This document shows positions 26,976 to 41,129 of a stretch of DNA of 64,000 nt, one piece after another. The stretch's first letter is position 1; each line of letters begins with the position of its first letter. The notes under the pieces were generated by a model. The model was not told where the DNA came from, ran no database searches, and saw only the letters and a program-made list of their open reading frames with translations. The DNA comes from Squalus acanthias (lineage: Eukaryota). A program made the translations under genes and the position numbers. The DNA lies in the NCBI GenBank assembly GCA_030390025.1, contig CM059432.1, forward strand, positions 36,892,001-36,956,000, read 5' to 3'.

Positions 26976-29489
26976 TCACCGCCAATGGGAACAGTTTCTC
27001 TCTATCTGCTCCGTCCAGACTCATGATTTTGAACATCTCTGTCAAATCTCCTCTCAATCTTCTCTGTTCGAAGGAGAACAACCCCAGCTTCTCCAGTCTA
27101 TCCAGATAACTGAAGTCCCTCATCCCTGGAATCATTCTTGTAAATCTTTTCTACACACTCTCTAAGGCCTTCACATCCTTCCTAAAGTGCAGTGTCCAGA
27201 ATTGGACACAATACTCCAGCTGAGGCCGAACCAGTGTTTTATAAAGGTTCATCATAAGTTCCATGCTTTTGTACTCTACACCTCTTTTCATTAAGCCCAG
27301 GATCCCAGAAACTTTTTTTTAAACTGCTTTCTCAACCTGCCATACCACCTTCAACGATTTGTGCACGTATATCCCTAGGTCTCTCTGTTCACGCACCCCC
27401 TTTAGGATTGTACCCTTTAGTTTATATTTCCTCTCCTCATTCTTTCTACCAAAATGTATCACTTCGCACATTTCTGCATTAAATTTCATCTGCCACATGT
27501 CCGCCCATTCCACCAGCCTGTCAATGTCCTCTTGAAGTCTATCACTATCCTCCTTACTGTTCACTTTACTTCCAAGTTTTGTGTCATCTGCAAATTTTGA
27601 AATTGTGCCCTGTATCCCCCCCGCCCCCGCCACCCCACATCCAAATCATTAATATATATCAAGAAAAGTAGTGGTCCTACAACCGACCCCTGGGGACCAC
27701 CACTGAATACCTTCCTCCAGTCCGAAAAACAACCGTTTCGCACTACTCGGTTTCCTTTCACTTAGCCAATTTCGTATCCATGCTGCCACTGTCCCTTTTA
27801 TTCCAGATAGCCCTCCTCCAGTTAAGTATTTTTACACTTGACTGTTGCTCATCATTTTCCATAACTATTCTAAACCTGATATTATGATTACTGTTCCCCA
27901 AATGCTCCCCCACTGAAACATGCTCCACTTGCCCCACCTCATTTCCTAGAACTAGATCCAGCACTGTTTCCTTCCTCATTGGACTGGAAACACACTGATC
28001 AAAAAAGTTCTCTTGTACACATTTCAGAAATTCCTCCCCGTCTTTTCCCTTTGCACTGTTACTATCCCAGTCTATCGAGGATAATTGAAGTGTCCATTAA
28101 CACTACTCTGTAGTTCTTGCATCTTTCTGTAATCTGCCTGAAAATTTGCTCCTCTATCTCTTGCACACTATTTGGTGGATTCTAGTATACACCCAGTTGC
28201 ATAATGATTCCTCTATTGTTCTTTAATTCTAACCAAATAGATTATGTCTTTGACCCCTCAACTACATCATCCGTCTCCAGTGCTATACTAGTTTCTTTTA
28301 TCAATACTACCAGAACCCCCTCCTTTTTCTCCTACCCCATCTTTGCTGAATACCCTGTAGCCCACCTGTTGAGGCCAGGAATATTAAGTTTCCAATTGTC
28401 CCCTTCTTTGAGCCAGCATATAATATAATCCATATCTCCCAGTAACTGGTTGCAGATCAGCAACAGCAGAGATGTGAGGATAGAGCTCCCACGATCCCAG
28501 TGACGTCTTCGCAGCAGAGGATAAATATTGTCATCTCCCCGACTCACATGCCAACCAGCAGAGACATCAGGCTCTCAACTTGCTGCATGGCTCTACCAAC
28601 AATACCCTTGGGTATCGGACTCTTCCTCGAGTTTGCCTTCACTGTGGAATAGTGCTTGATCAAAACCAGATCTCTCCCCTCGTCCTACGCGGTTAAGATC
28701 AGGAACTCTCCATGTTGGAAAATGCAGGATACATCCAATTACAGTATATTTCGTAGCATGTTACACGCTCAAAGTTAAGGGCAAGTGCAAATATTAAGTT
28801 ATTTCCCTCTCAGTTTTCTTTCCTTCTGCTCTCAAGGGGCTGACTCATTCTGCAATACAGTTTCAGGAGAGCCAGGTGTCCATATACCACCTCATCCAAG
28901 TGGCTATTCCTTATGGGTAAGTAACAATGCACTATTCAACGGTTATCACAGCAAATCAGTTTTTATCCAATGCTTACACATGCGTACATTCTATCAAGGC
29001 TTAGCGGACAGCAAACAGGAGCAGGCACCCTGGCTAATTTTTCCTCTCTGTTGACCTAGGTCATTGATGCTAATTGCAGCATCTCAACTGCTGCTCTGAC
29101 TGAGATCAAGTAAGTCAGCCCTGGCCAACAGGATCACAAGAATGTGCAAGACCAGAAAAGGCCAATTAAGTCCATCTGCCTCATCCCAGTGTCTTTGGCA
29201 TACTGTGTCTCACAATATCCCTTTATCATTTTTCTGCACCAAGCAGTTATCTAATGCTCTAGAAATTAACAGAATTAGCTTCCCACTGTCTTACTTGACA
29301 GCCCATTCCGTTCATCTTCTACGTAAAACAGTCAAGTCTAAACTACCGTTTCACCCGTCGTTCTAAATTTTAGGCTATATCCTCTTGTTAAATCTGTGAC
29401 TGTGTAAACAAATTTAGATTTATCTTATCTATACGATTACAATCTTGAATACTTGTACAAGATCACCCCTTCTCAATAACTGCAATTAT

Positions 29490-30070
29490 GTCGGGCCCTG
29501 GTGAGACCACACCTGGAGCATTGTGTACAGTTTTAGTCTCCTTACCTAAGGAAGGATATACTTGCCATAGAGGGAGTGCAACGAAGGTTCACCAGACTGG
29601 TTCCTGGGTTGGGGGGATTATCCTATGAGGAGAGATTGTGTAGACTAGGCCTATATTCTCTAGAGTTTAGAAGAATGAGAGGTGATCTCATTGAAACATA
29701 CAAAATTCTTACAGGACTTGACAGGGTAGATGCAGGGAGGATGTTTGCCCTGGCTGGGGAGTCGAGAACCAGGAGTCAGAGTCTCAGAATAAGGGGTCGG
29801 CCATTTAGGACTGAGATGAGGAGAAATTTCTTCACTCAGAGGGTGGTGAATCTTTGGAATTCTCTACCCCAGAGGGCTGTGGAGGCTCAGTCGTTCAGTA
29901 TATTTAAGACAGGGATCGATAGATTTTTGGATATTAAGGGAACCAAGGGATATGGGGATAGTGCAGGAAAGTGCAGTTGAAGTAGAAGATCAGCCATGAT
30001 CCTACTGAATGGCGGAGCAGGCTCGAAGGGCCGAATGGCCGACTCCTGCTCCTACTTCTTATGTTCTTAT
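29490..30070 (+). mobile_element. CR1 LINE 3' fragment (HER1-like subfamily)
   Basis: 134-aa ORF QRRFTRLVPGLGGLSYEERL...NFFTQRVVNLWNSLP plus 3' UTR. Confidence 0.92.
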
Positions 30071-33059
30071 AACTGAACCTGGGACCTCCTGGTCTGTATA
30101 GGTCAGATACACACTGCCATTGACAACTGAACCTTTGGGAAAACAATCTAAAAATCAACTTTTCTCATATTGAAATTAAGGACTTTATCACTAACTACTG
30201 ATAACTGCAAGCATGTAACAGGTAATTGATGGAGTGGCAAAAGCAGGGAACATTGACTCATTACCTTATCAGGTATTAACAACAGACAGGCATTACATTA
30301 ACTGTCCCACTCGTACCACATACCCACAACGGTTCCCCGAATAAGTACCATATAATGCAGCTGATGAATAATACATCTTTCATTAAAGCGATTTTCTTAC
30401 AGCTCCTGCAGGAATTGTTATAAATATACTTTATTGCACCATTACACTTCTCACAACTGCAGAAGCTAAACTTTCAGACACCATGAAAGGTTTTTTTTGT
30501 AAAACTCAAAAGTCTGAAACAGCCACTTCTGCTATTACCTGGAAGTGAATTTAAAAACATGAGCAGTGGATGCTGCAGAATTAAATACCACGCCCACAAA
30601 CCCTGCAGACCAGCTATGTGTCAAATAACTACACCTCAGAGGGAGGGCGAGGTGGAGAAAAAGAGAAACATAGAGAGACAGAGACAGAGTGAGGGAGAGG
30701 GAGAGGGACAGGCAGAAGCTCCTTGGATGGTTTTATCCTATTTTGCTGCTGTTTTATTTAGTTAAGTACTGCAGCTGCTTATATATGTCTGAAATTTCAC
30801 ATCTGCTGCACTCTGAATACCAAGGGATGAGAAAACATCAGCAACAACTTCACAAATGCAAAAGTCTATTGTCAATTTCTCTTTCTGTATTCAAGCCACA
30901 GCTCTTGGGTCATTTGAAACATGTACAGTATAGCGCAGTTTCTCTCCCCATTTCTCCCAGCATTCGACAGCATTTCTGGGCTGAGAAGACAAGCATATGA
31001 TTCTCTTCCAAGCCACTATCAAGGTCAGTCTCTATCCAGCAACCAAGAGGTGCATGAAACTAATGCTTGCTCGTTTGCCTTGCAATATTAATTTTTTACC
31101 TGCAATGCCTGGCCTCGACAAACAGCTTCCCTCCCCCACTCAAGATCAGCAATTTAACATGCAAGAACAATGGAACATTATAATACCGCAGCATCATTCT
31201 TTCTACATGCTTCTATGGCCAATGAGACTCTCAAGATGAAGGCAACTAACACACAGTGGAAATAAGTGAGTTAACACATCTGAAACCGTTTCCTGTGCTA
31301 CAGTTTTAAAGCACAGAAGATGACATAACAGCAATCTTTCCCTCCCCCCTCAACCAGTGAGCAAAATTTGAAGGCAGTTATATGCCAATAGTTTGACAGC
31401 TGAATTAACATTGGGAGGCTGAAATGGAATACGGAAGAAGACGTAAGTCGGTGTTTGCCGACCAGAAATGGCTCCAGAACCAAAATCTGCGCTTCTCTGA
31501 TTTCATTTATAGAACAAAGCTACATCGTACTACTGAAATAATGTTTCCCAGTGCACCTGTACATCTTGCGCTTCAGCTGCTTTTAACTGCACAAGACCCA
31601 TGCAAGTGCAGCTGGTTCCTGAAGTGTGAGTCCTGCTCAGCTGGCTGCAAGCCAAACGTAAAATTGCTGCAACTCGAAAACTGGTTGCTGGGAAAACTAG
31701 TTTTTAAACAGATTCCAGCTGCCAATCTTAGCAGGTGCTAGCGCCTTTCCGTTTGGCTTGCAGCGTGTGTTTGGGGATGGCTGTTTAAAATGGGACTCAT
31801 GCAATTTAAAAGCAGCTGAGATCTAACATTTAGAATATTTTCAGGGAGAGCACGTTCGAGTAACTAATGGCCATATGCCATGAACAAGTAGGTCATCTCA
31901 CCTCACCACTTCAGTAACCCAGATGGGTAAAGCACTTTTTTAACAAATGCAATCTTGGGATGTGGGTGATGCGAGCCAGGCCACATTTACTGGCCATCCC
32001 TAATTGACCTGAGAAGATGTCTTTTATATTGATTGTTTGTACAACTAAGTGACTGGCTGGCTCAAAATGAACACTTCTTTTTAAACAATTTCTTTATGTG
32101 AACCTAAAAAATCTCCCCCAATCATTCAGTTGGTGAGTGTAGTAAAATCACATGGACTGGAAGGTCCCAGGTTACATTCCCAATCTATGTTCAGTCGGAT
32201 AATCGAGACAGGGGCAGCATTGTGGAACATTACATTTGGCCTCCTGGACTAAGCAGGGGGAAAAAAATGTAAAAATAAGGTAGGGTTCCCAAACCTGATT
32301 ACTATCCAGTAAATCCTTCTGAAAACTGAATATATGGCCGTTTGATGAGGACAGGATATCTGATATGATCCCTTTGTTAACACCTTTGTTGTATGGAGAA
32401 TGATCACTTGGGTATCAGAGGGTGGCCATGGAACTGTACCGCAGTACGAAACAGTCCCTTCAAGAAAGGAAGAGAAAAGAAAAGGGAGATAATTGACAAG
32501 AATTTCCTGAATGTCAGTGGCCGTTTATAAAATGGAAACTCACGGGCTGTATCCATTACTGAACATCAATTTTCCAAACCTTCTAAAAGTAGTACACAGC
32601 CGATAAGGTGACTTTAGAACATAGATATAATTAGATTTCACGAATGACATTCTGTAAAAAAAAATTTAAGCAAAAACATTTTTTTTTTGAAGTTACACAG
32701 GATATATCTGAAACCAGACCACTGCAGTAATCAGCATATAGTTTGAGTATGTGACTCGACTTCACTGTGAATACAACAAAATAATCATTAACAGATATCG
32801 ACAAACAGGCCAGAACAACACTGAGCAACCGGGGATCTAAAACAGTATCATCACATCACTTGGAGTCACAAATTAAACAAAACAGAGTTTCACCATCAAC
32901 TGTTCCTCCCAACCTCCCCTCATTTGAAAATAGTGATTTGTGTGGGGTACAACTTCACAGGTGTCCATAGTTCTCCTTTGTCTTACCCATTTATTCTCAG
33001 GCCCAGACAGCCTGCGCCGAGAGGCAACAACTTACATTTATACATCATCTTTAACGCAG

Positions 33060-34310
33060 TTATTTGAACAGAAAGAGTAGACATGGGTAATGCAGTTGAT
33101 GTAATATATTTGGAATTTCAAAAGGCCTTTGATAAGGTACCCCATAATAGACTTATGACTACCGTCAGTGCATGTGGAGTCAGGGGACAGGTAGCAGAAT
33201 GGATTGCAAGCTGGCTAGTAAACAGAAAACAGAGGTTAAGGGTAGTTATTCATTCTGTCAAAAGGTGGGAAGGGGTGTTCCACAGGCATCTGTGCTCAGA
33301 CCACAATTGTTCAGAATTTGCATTAACGATTTGGACTCAAGAATCTTAAGTACAATTTCAAAATTGCAGAAGACACAAAATTGGGGGATGTAGTTTAACA
33401 CAAAGGAAGAATGTGACAAAATACAAAAAGACATGAACAAGCTTGCAGATTGGGCATGTAACTTGAAAATTAATTTCAATATAATTAAGTGTGAAGTGGT
33501 ACATTTTGGTAGCAAGAATAAAACATACTGCTTGGATAATAAGAGTCTAAATGGGGTAGAGGAGCACAGGGATCAAGGGGTACACATTCACAAATCACTA
33601 AAAGTAGTGACACAGGTTAATAAGGCCATAAAAATAGCAAACCAAGCACTGGGGTTTATTTCTCGAGGGATAGACTTGAAAAGCAGAGAAGTTATGTCAA
33701 ACTTGTACAGAACCTTGGTTCGACCACACTTGGAGTACTGTGCACAGTTCTGGTCTCTGTTATAAAAAGGATGTAGAGGCATTGGAAAAGGTGCAAAAAT
33801 ATTCACAAGGATGATACCAGAACTGAGGATACAGCTATCAGGAAAGACTGAACAGGTCGGGGCTCCTTTCTCTAGAAAAAAGGCAGCTGAGGGTGACCTG
33901 ATGGTGGTCTTTAAGATAATGAAAGGGAGGGGACGTTTGAGTAACTAGTGCCCACTTGCCATAATCAAGTAGCTCATCTCACCTTATTACTTCAGAGAAA
34001 ATGTTTTCACTTGTGAGGGAGTCCAAAACTACAAGTCATAAATATAAAAGATAGTCACTAATAAATCCAACAGGGAATTCAGGAGAAACTTCTTTACCTA
34101 AAGAGAATGCGGAACACGCTACCCCAAGAGCAGTTGAGGCAAATAGCATAAACGCATTTAAGGGGAAGCCAGATAAACACATAAGGAAGAAAGAGGATGT
34201 GCTGATAGGATTAGATAATGAGCAGTGGGAGAAGGCTTGTGTGGAGCATAAATGCCGGCATAGACCAGTTGGGTTGAATAGCCAGTTTCTGTGTTGTAGA
34301 CTTGATGTAA
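33060..34310 (+). mobile_element. CR1 LINE fragment
   Basis: DVIYLEFQKAFDKVPH, LYRTLVRPHLEYCAQFW. Confidence 0.88.
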
Positions 34311-34319
34311 CTCATTGTA

Positions 34320-34815
34320 CCAACGCGCTTCACATGAGCGTAATCAGATGAAAACTGAGGATAAGCCAAAAAAGGAGACACTAGGACAGGCGATCAAAAG
34401 CTGGGTCATTGAGGTAGGTTTTAAAGGAGATGAGAGAAGTGGAGGGGTTTAGGGAGCGAATTCCTAAGCTTGGGGCATAGATGGCTGAAGGCACGGCTGC
34501 CAATGTTTAAGTGAAGGAAGGCAGGCAGCAGGGGGGGGGGGGGGGGGGGGGGGGGGGGAGGGGGGGGGTGCGGGTGTGCACGAGGTCAGAATTGGAGGAA
34601 CGCAGTGTTCTCAGGAGGGTTGTAGGCCTGGAGGTAGTTACGGAAATAGGAAGGGGCGAGGTCATGGAGCAGTTTGAACACGAAGATGATCATTTTAAAA
34701 TCAAGGAATTGGTGGACCAGGAGACAATGCAGATCAGCAAGCACAGGGGTGTTGGTAAATGGGACTTGATGCGAGTTAGGATACGGGCAGCAGAGTTTTG
34801 GATGAACTTAAGTTC
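34320..34815 (-). mobile_element. L2 LINE 3' fragment containing a poly-G run
   Basis: Reverse-complement homology to 25620-26040 (gggacttgatgcgagttaggatacgggcagcagagttttggatga); G run at 34531-34568. Confidence 0.75.
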
Positions 34816-35689
34816 ATCAGTCAAATACAATCCTGTCCTCACCAAATATCCACATGTGCATGTCATGTTTAACTATCATACCCACCGTTGTTTTACTTAG
34901 AACCTAGTAAAATCTGCAGTGAGGTTACACACTGCACCATTACCTGATACTGAAATCCCAGTGATAACGCACTGTAAATAATAAATGGCAAATGCAGGCA
35001 GCTAGCTTCAAGGAGTGACTGCATGAAAAGCACAAAGGAGCTGAATTAACACACACTAAAAATGATTTGTTTGTTGAAGCACCTGGAGTTAATGACTGCA
35101 ATGCTACTGAAATAAGACACATAAAAAGACTTGCATTTATATAGCACCTTTCACGGCCACCAGATGTCCCAAAACGCTTTACAGCCAATGAAGTACTTTT
35201 GAAGTGTAGTATCTGTTGTAATGTAGGAAACCATGGAACCAAACATGTCCAATCAACAAAGCCAAAAGGACACCCACGATACAACCAAAACACAAGGATA
35301 CAAGTCAGAGAGTTACGAATGAAGACCAGGAAAACTTGGGCTGCTCAATCTTGAAAGGATTCCTTCCAGGAAGTATTTATGATAATAACCAGAATACAAA
35401 AAAATGGATCCAGAATTCTACTTCAAATTAAACTGCAAGAGTAGGACAAAGGGATATAGGTTCAAGCTGGTAAATTACAAATTTAGGACGGATATCATAA
35501 AGTTCTTCTTCACACAAAGTTAGCAATAAATGGAATAGATTTCTGGATAGGACAGAGGAAGAGTAATCTTATCAGTCATTAAAAAAAAGTTGGATGTTTT
35601 GATTGTGGGAGAAGATGGGTGAGCGGAGACTTCCTCACCTGTATCTATCTTGAAATCTGGTGAGATGACTCAAGCTCATAAGATACTTA

Positions 35690-37020
35690 GGGATGAGGAA
35701 GGCCATTCAGCACATCTTAATTAATCTGCACAGAACAATCAGACACTCCCCTGCTGCTGTATTTAGTTGCTTTCAAAATGATTCCAGTGTTTTTGTCTCC
35801 ATCACCATCCCCAGAAGTCCATTCCAACTTTTGATCATTCTGTATCAAGGCCTTCTTACCAATATCAGTTCAAAGGTTACCTTTTATTAGTTTGAACCTC
35901 TATTCCTTTGTCCTAGTCCTACAATTTCATTTGAATTAATGTTGCGGATTAACCGTTTCCATACCATTTACCAATTTATATACCTCTTCGATCACCTCTA
36001 ACTCCTTTCCAGGCTGAAAGGCCTAAGTCTTCCCTGCACTGCCTCCAGCGCCCGAATGTCCCCTCTGTTTCTCAACTACACAGTATTCAAGGTGTGGGCT
36101 GACCAAGAAAACTGTACAGTTTGATCATGGCCTCCTCTGACTTGTATTCTACTCATCTGGCTATGAAGTTCAACATTGTTTGCTGCTCTGAATTGGTTGG
36201 ACATGTTGAGCGTTGTGTCTACGAATAATCCTAGATCTCTTTCAACCTAATCTCAGTTAGTTCCAACCACACCTAAGTTTCTTCCAACCCAATCTTTGTT
36301 CCAATGGTTATGGGGAACATTAAGGTTCCCGTGGCACTAGGTTCCCGTGGCACTATTTGAAGAATTCAATACCTTTCATGATGTATGCATTTGCTCATTT
36401 TTCTCTCTCACGGGCAATACTTAACACTTGTCTGCATTACATTTCACCTGCCATTGTTCAGTCCACCAACATATGTTGAGCTCATTCTGTAATTTCTGGG
36501 CCCTATCCTTCAATTTCACAGCCCTTCCTAGTTTGGTGTTCTGCAAATTTCACCAATTTGCAATAGGTTTCAGAATCCAAGGATTAAACGTAAATTAGAA
36601 ACTGCAGTGCCCTGAAGCACCCCTTTCCCCCACACTGGCATTACCCGTCTAACCAATACACTGCTATTTTCTACACTTCAGCCAGTTTTGTTATCCGTAC
36701 CGAAGTGTTGCCCTGAATCCCCACAGCTTTAAGTTTAATTAATAACCTTTTATGTGGAGCTTTATAAAAAACCTTTCAAAAATCTAAACACAACTTTGTA
36801 GACCTACCACAGTGAATTTTAGTCATCAATTCCTCAAGGAAATCAAGAGGTTGGGCAAATTTTTCCATCTAACAGTGTTGACTGCTGTTTACTAGGTTTC
36901 TGTTGTACAGATAATCCTCAAATTTACCTCTCATAAATCAATACCATTATTTTACAAAAATTGAAGAATAATGGAATTGTGGTTGCCTGTGTGTGTTTTG
37001 TCATCCTTTTTGAATAAGTC
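35690..37020 (-). mobile_element. Highly degenerate CR1-like LINE
   Basis: Residual motifs collinear with other minus-strand CR1 copies (cacagtattcaaggtgtgg, ctgcattacatttcacctgcc, ctgcaaattt, aacctttcaaaaatcta). Confidence 0.55.
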
Positions 37021-38809
37021 TCACTTGTACAGCTAAGTTCTCTGAATGAATTGGCTGTCAAGAACATTCATCATTGAGATAAAAAATTTCTGAGTACAAC
37101 AAAAATCAACCAAATAAATAAGTTTTCACAAAGAGCCCAGTGTGGAACGAAGCCATATAAACCAGGATCGATCCCTGCTGTGTTTATTTCTGCTAGCACC
37201 TCTGCAAGGATTTAACTGGCTGAAATACTCCTGGAACGAGGAAGGGAAATCAGCTAGGATTCCTTGAGGGGAGGCCTGGCATCTGTGGAACTGTACCACA
37301 GAAGGAATCAGCAACTTCACAAGACAAGGAGAAAATTAGAAGAGAGGCCTCAAGAGTGTCATGACCAAAGCTTATTTGTTCCATCAAGTCTTTTCCGTGG
37401 ACAACTTCATCCACTCAAATACATAGCCTTAGTTAAAAAAAACTTCTTCCTCATCACACTACAACATATCAAAGATTACAATCTGCAGTCAACTCTGACC
37501 AATCTATTCCATAGTTCACATGGCAATGATCCCATCAGGACATCAAGCACAATGTCACATAAATTATTTGGCTAGCTCTGTCTACAATTACACCAAGCCA
37601 CTAGCTTCTGGTGACGAAATAAATCAACCTTTCATTTTGATTTCATGGGATTACAGGATTTTCACTTTTTGAGATCACATTCCTTGATTCTTTCCACTTT
37701 GAAACGATGCTCTTACTGTACACCAACAAACACACCAAACATACCATCATGTACAAAAGAAATTTACCTTCAATGATAATTTGATCCCCATTAGGCTGTC
37801 CAAGGTTGAGAGATGAGGAGAGGAAAGTCTACTGATTCCACTAAGCACTTCTAGGGATATGAGGGGGTGTTGTAAAAAAGGTGTTGCTGGACTTGAAAAG
37901 GACACAGAGAAGCCCAGAGATCCAGTAATGACGTGTCGTATGGGAGAACCTTAGGGGTGAGAAACTAATATGTAGCATATTTGAGGGATAATCACGCAAG
38001 ATAGAGATATATTGCAATATGGTAGCTTGGTGCACCTCGCTATTTCAGAAAGACTTCACTAAACAACAAATAATCAACCTCAGTCCGAATGTTGGAGAAG
38101 ACACTAGACAGAACTTAACCATCCATTTTCAATCTTGTACATCCCTTAGCAACCAACCCCAGATGTTATCAACCAAATCCAGTGGCCTGGAGCAGTAAGT
38201 TTTGTTTGTTGACAAACCCCAAAAGAGATGCAACTAAAATGTATTTTTTTTAGCCAATAACGAGCAATTTTCTCCTCTTGTCCTGCAAGAATTAGCTCAA
38301 GCTGGGGTATGGTGCCTTGGCACACGTGCCCTCTGACACCTCAACTATTCTTCATGTGTGAAGCCTATACATGGATTGTTGGCAAACTATTTTGACTGTG
38401 GGGGAGGGCGCTACAGCCAAGCCAATCCTGTCCTCATCCGACCACCAAGAGGGCCGGCTGGATAACCATCAGGAGTGGGAACCCTTTCTGTTTTTCCCCT
38501 CCTTAGTCTAGGGATATTAAAGCCAATTGTAACACCAACACTCCCTCGCCCTGGGCTGAAATGAGCCCTTCATCCCTCAACCTTGGACAGCCATAGTGAA
38601 GATCTAGTTCTCACTGAGTGTCATTTTTTTGTTATGTGATGGTGTAATAGGTGTATTTTTCCAATTCTTGAGTTTCTTGTTGCTGTACAGCAAGAGCGTA
38701 ATTTCAAAGAGTGTTGAGAATTGAAACTGCAATCTTTTAGACTGCATGTTGGAGCTTCATACTGCCTTGACTGACTAAACCATCGAGAAGCTCGTGGAAA
38801 ATTTTGTTC

Positions 38810-39735
38810 AATCCTAGGCCCAACCATCTTCAGCTGCTTCATCAATGACCTTCCCTCCAACATAAGATCAGAAATGAGGATGTTCGCTGATGACTGCACA
38901 GTGTTCAGTGCCATTTGCAACTCCACAGATAATGAAGCAGTCCATGCCCGCATGCAACAAGACCTGGACGATGTTCAGGCTTGGGCTGATATGTGGCAGG
39001 TAACATTCGCGCCACAGAAGTGCCAGGCAATGACTATCTCCAACAGCGAGAGTCTAACCACCTCCCCTTGACATTCAATGGCATTACCATCGCTGAATCC
39101 CCCACTGTCAACATCCTGGGGGTCACCATTAACCAGAAACTTAACTGGACCAGCCACATAAATACTGTGGCAACAAGAGCAGGTCAGAGGCTGGGTATTC
39201 TGCAGCGGGTGTCTCACCTCCTGACTCCCCAAAGCCTTTCTACCATCTACAAGGCACAAGTAAGGAGTGTGATGGAATACTCTCCACTTGCCTGGATGAG
39301 TGCAGCTCCAACAACACTCAAGAAGCTCAACACCATCCAGGTCAAAGCAGCCCGCTTGATTGGCACCCCATCCACCACCTTAAACATTCACTCCCTCCAC
39401 CACCGGCGTACCGTGGCTGCAGTGTGTACCAGCTACAAGATGCACTGCAGCAACTCGCCAAGGCTTCTTTAGCAGCATCTTCCAAACCCGCGACCTCTTC
39501 CACCTATAAGGACAAGGGCAGTGGGTGCATGGGAACACCACCACCTCCAAGTTCCCCTCCAAGTCACACACCATCCTGACTTAGAAGTATATCGCCGCTG
39601 GGTCAAAATCCTGGAACTCCCTACCTACCATCACCACACGGACTGCAGCGGTTCAAGAAGGCGGCTCACCACCACCTTCTCAAGGGCAACTAGGGATGGG
39701 CATTACGCCCTGATCCCATAAACGAATAAAAAAAA
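38810..39735 (+). mobile_element. 5'-truncated CR1-group LINE (same family as 59764-62900)
   Basis: MFADDCTVF, ILGVTINQKLNW, YKAQVRSVMEYSPLAW; tail caagggcaactagggatggg...gaataaaaaaaaa. Confidence 0.9.
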
Positions 39736-39946
39736 AGTTTTCATTATTCCCTTTATTTTGCTTGAGTAATCTGTTCTGTTTATCCAGGAGCAGTAAATGT
39801 CTAGCGTACTTATTAACAGATGCAAAATATGGCAACTGGAGATAATGATGCTATAGCAACAGTCATAAATCAAACCTATACATATTTCAAAAGTAAATAA
39901 TTCAAATGGCAGTGTTGTTTCTGGGTTTATTTTTCCCGCTATCACA

Positions 39947-40995
39947 GGAACATAGGAACAGGAATAGACCACTCAGCAGCGGGAGTCTATTCTGTCATTC
40001 AATTAGATCATGACTGATCTGTGTTCAAGCCCATTTACCCACCTCTGTTCCATATACCTTGATACACTTACCAAACAAAAATCTATCAATCAAAGTCTTG
40101 AAAATTACAACTGACCCAGCATCCACAGCTTTTGGGGGAGAGTTTTCTAAATTTCCAGTACCCTTTGTATGAAAAAGTACTTCCTGATTTCACTCCTGAA
40201 TGGCCTGGTTCTAATTTTAAGATTATGCCCTCTTATTGTGGATTCCACCAGAGAAAATAGTTTCTCTGTATCTACCCTATTAATATAATTTTAAACAATA
40301 ACTTGTACTTATATTGCGCCTTTAACAGCGTACCAAAGCACTTCACTGGAGCGTAATCGAACAAAATTTGACACCGAGCCACAGAAGGAGAAATTAAAGT
40401 AAAGGCTTGGTCAATGAGGTAGGTTTTAAGGAGCGTCTTAAAGGAGGAAAGAAAGGTAGAGAGGCGGGAGGGAATTCCAGAGCTTAAGGCCTTGGCAGCT
40501 GAAGTCAAGGCCACCAATAGTTGACCGATTAAAAGCGGGAAAGCTCAAGAGGGCAGAATTGAAGGAGCGCAGATATCTGGCGGTTGAGGGGCAGTAGGAG
40601 ATCACAGAGATAGGGAGCGGTGAGGCTATGGAGGGATTTGAAAACAAGGATGAGAATTTTTAAATCAAGGCGTTGCTTAACCGGGAGCTAATGTAGATCA
40701 GCGAGCACAGGGGTGATGGGTGAACGGGACTTGGTGCGAGTTAGGACACGGGCAGCAGACTTTTGGATGACCTCAAGTTTACGGAGGGTAGAACGTGGGA
40801 GGCCTGCCAGGAGTGTGGCCGTGATTAAATCAACTCTCAACCTTCGAAACTCAAGGGAATACAAGCCAAGTTTATGCAAACTGTGCTCTAATTTAACCCT
40901 CTAAGCCCCAGTATCATTCTGGTGAATTTGCGCTATACCCCCTTGATGGCCAATATATCCTTCCTGAGGTACAGTGCCTAGAACTGAACACAGTA
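39947..40995 (-). mobile_element. CR1 3' fragment interrupted by an L2 fragment (~40295-40815, minus strand)
   Basis: CR1 tail ggaacataggaacagg; LGLYSLEFRRLR abuts the L2 sequence LLAGLPRSTLRKLEVIQKSAARVLTRTK. Confidence 0.8.
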
Positions 40996-41129
40996 TTGCA
41001 ATACACTATAGGGGAGAAAACACGTGAGCCAATATATTTTAATATGCGATACTTGAAACTCTTGCACAGAACTGCTCACACAATCAGTGAAATCTGTTTA
41101 ACTGCTGGTACTTCACTCTCATCAACTTG

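Larger units (their letters stand above)
22443..28430 (-). mobile_element. CR1 host copy (22443-22732 and 26979-28430), split by a longer CR1
   Basis: Breaks at gaccctt (22732) and resumes at ccgccaatgggaacag (26979). RT ([11 protein letters not shown]) and endonuclease (LDLVLGNEVGQV, HLGNSNH) fragments. Confidence 0.8.

Noticed and set aside
34531..34568. Long poly-G run as a functional G-quadruplex
   Set aside because: Lies inside a decayed L2; homopolymer length may be slippage or sequencing error.
34944..35106. Minus-strand AG...GT bounded segment as a coding exon
   Set aside because: No KANSL1-like peptide; the acceptor abuts a SINE tail; no supporting evidence.
36323..36354. 16-bp tandem duplication aggttcccgtggcact
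   Set aside because: Two-copy local slippage in a SINE-like scrap; not an array.
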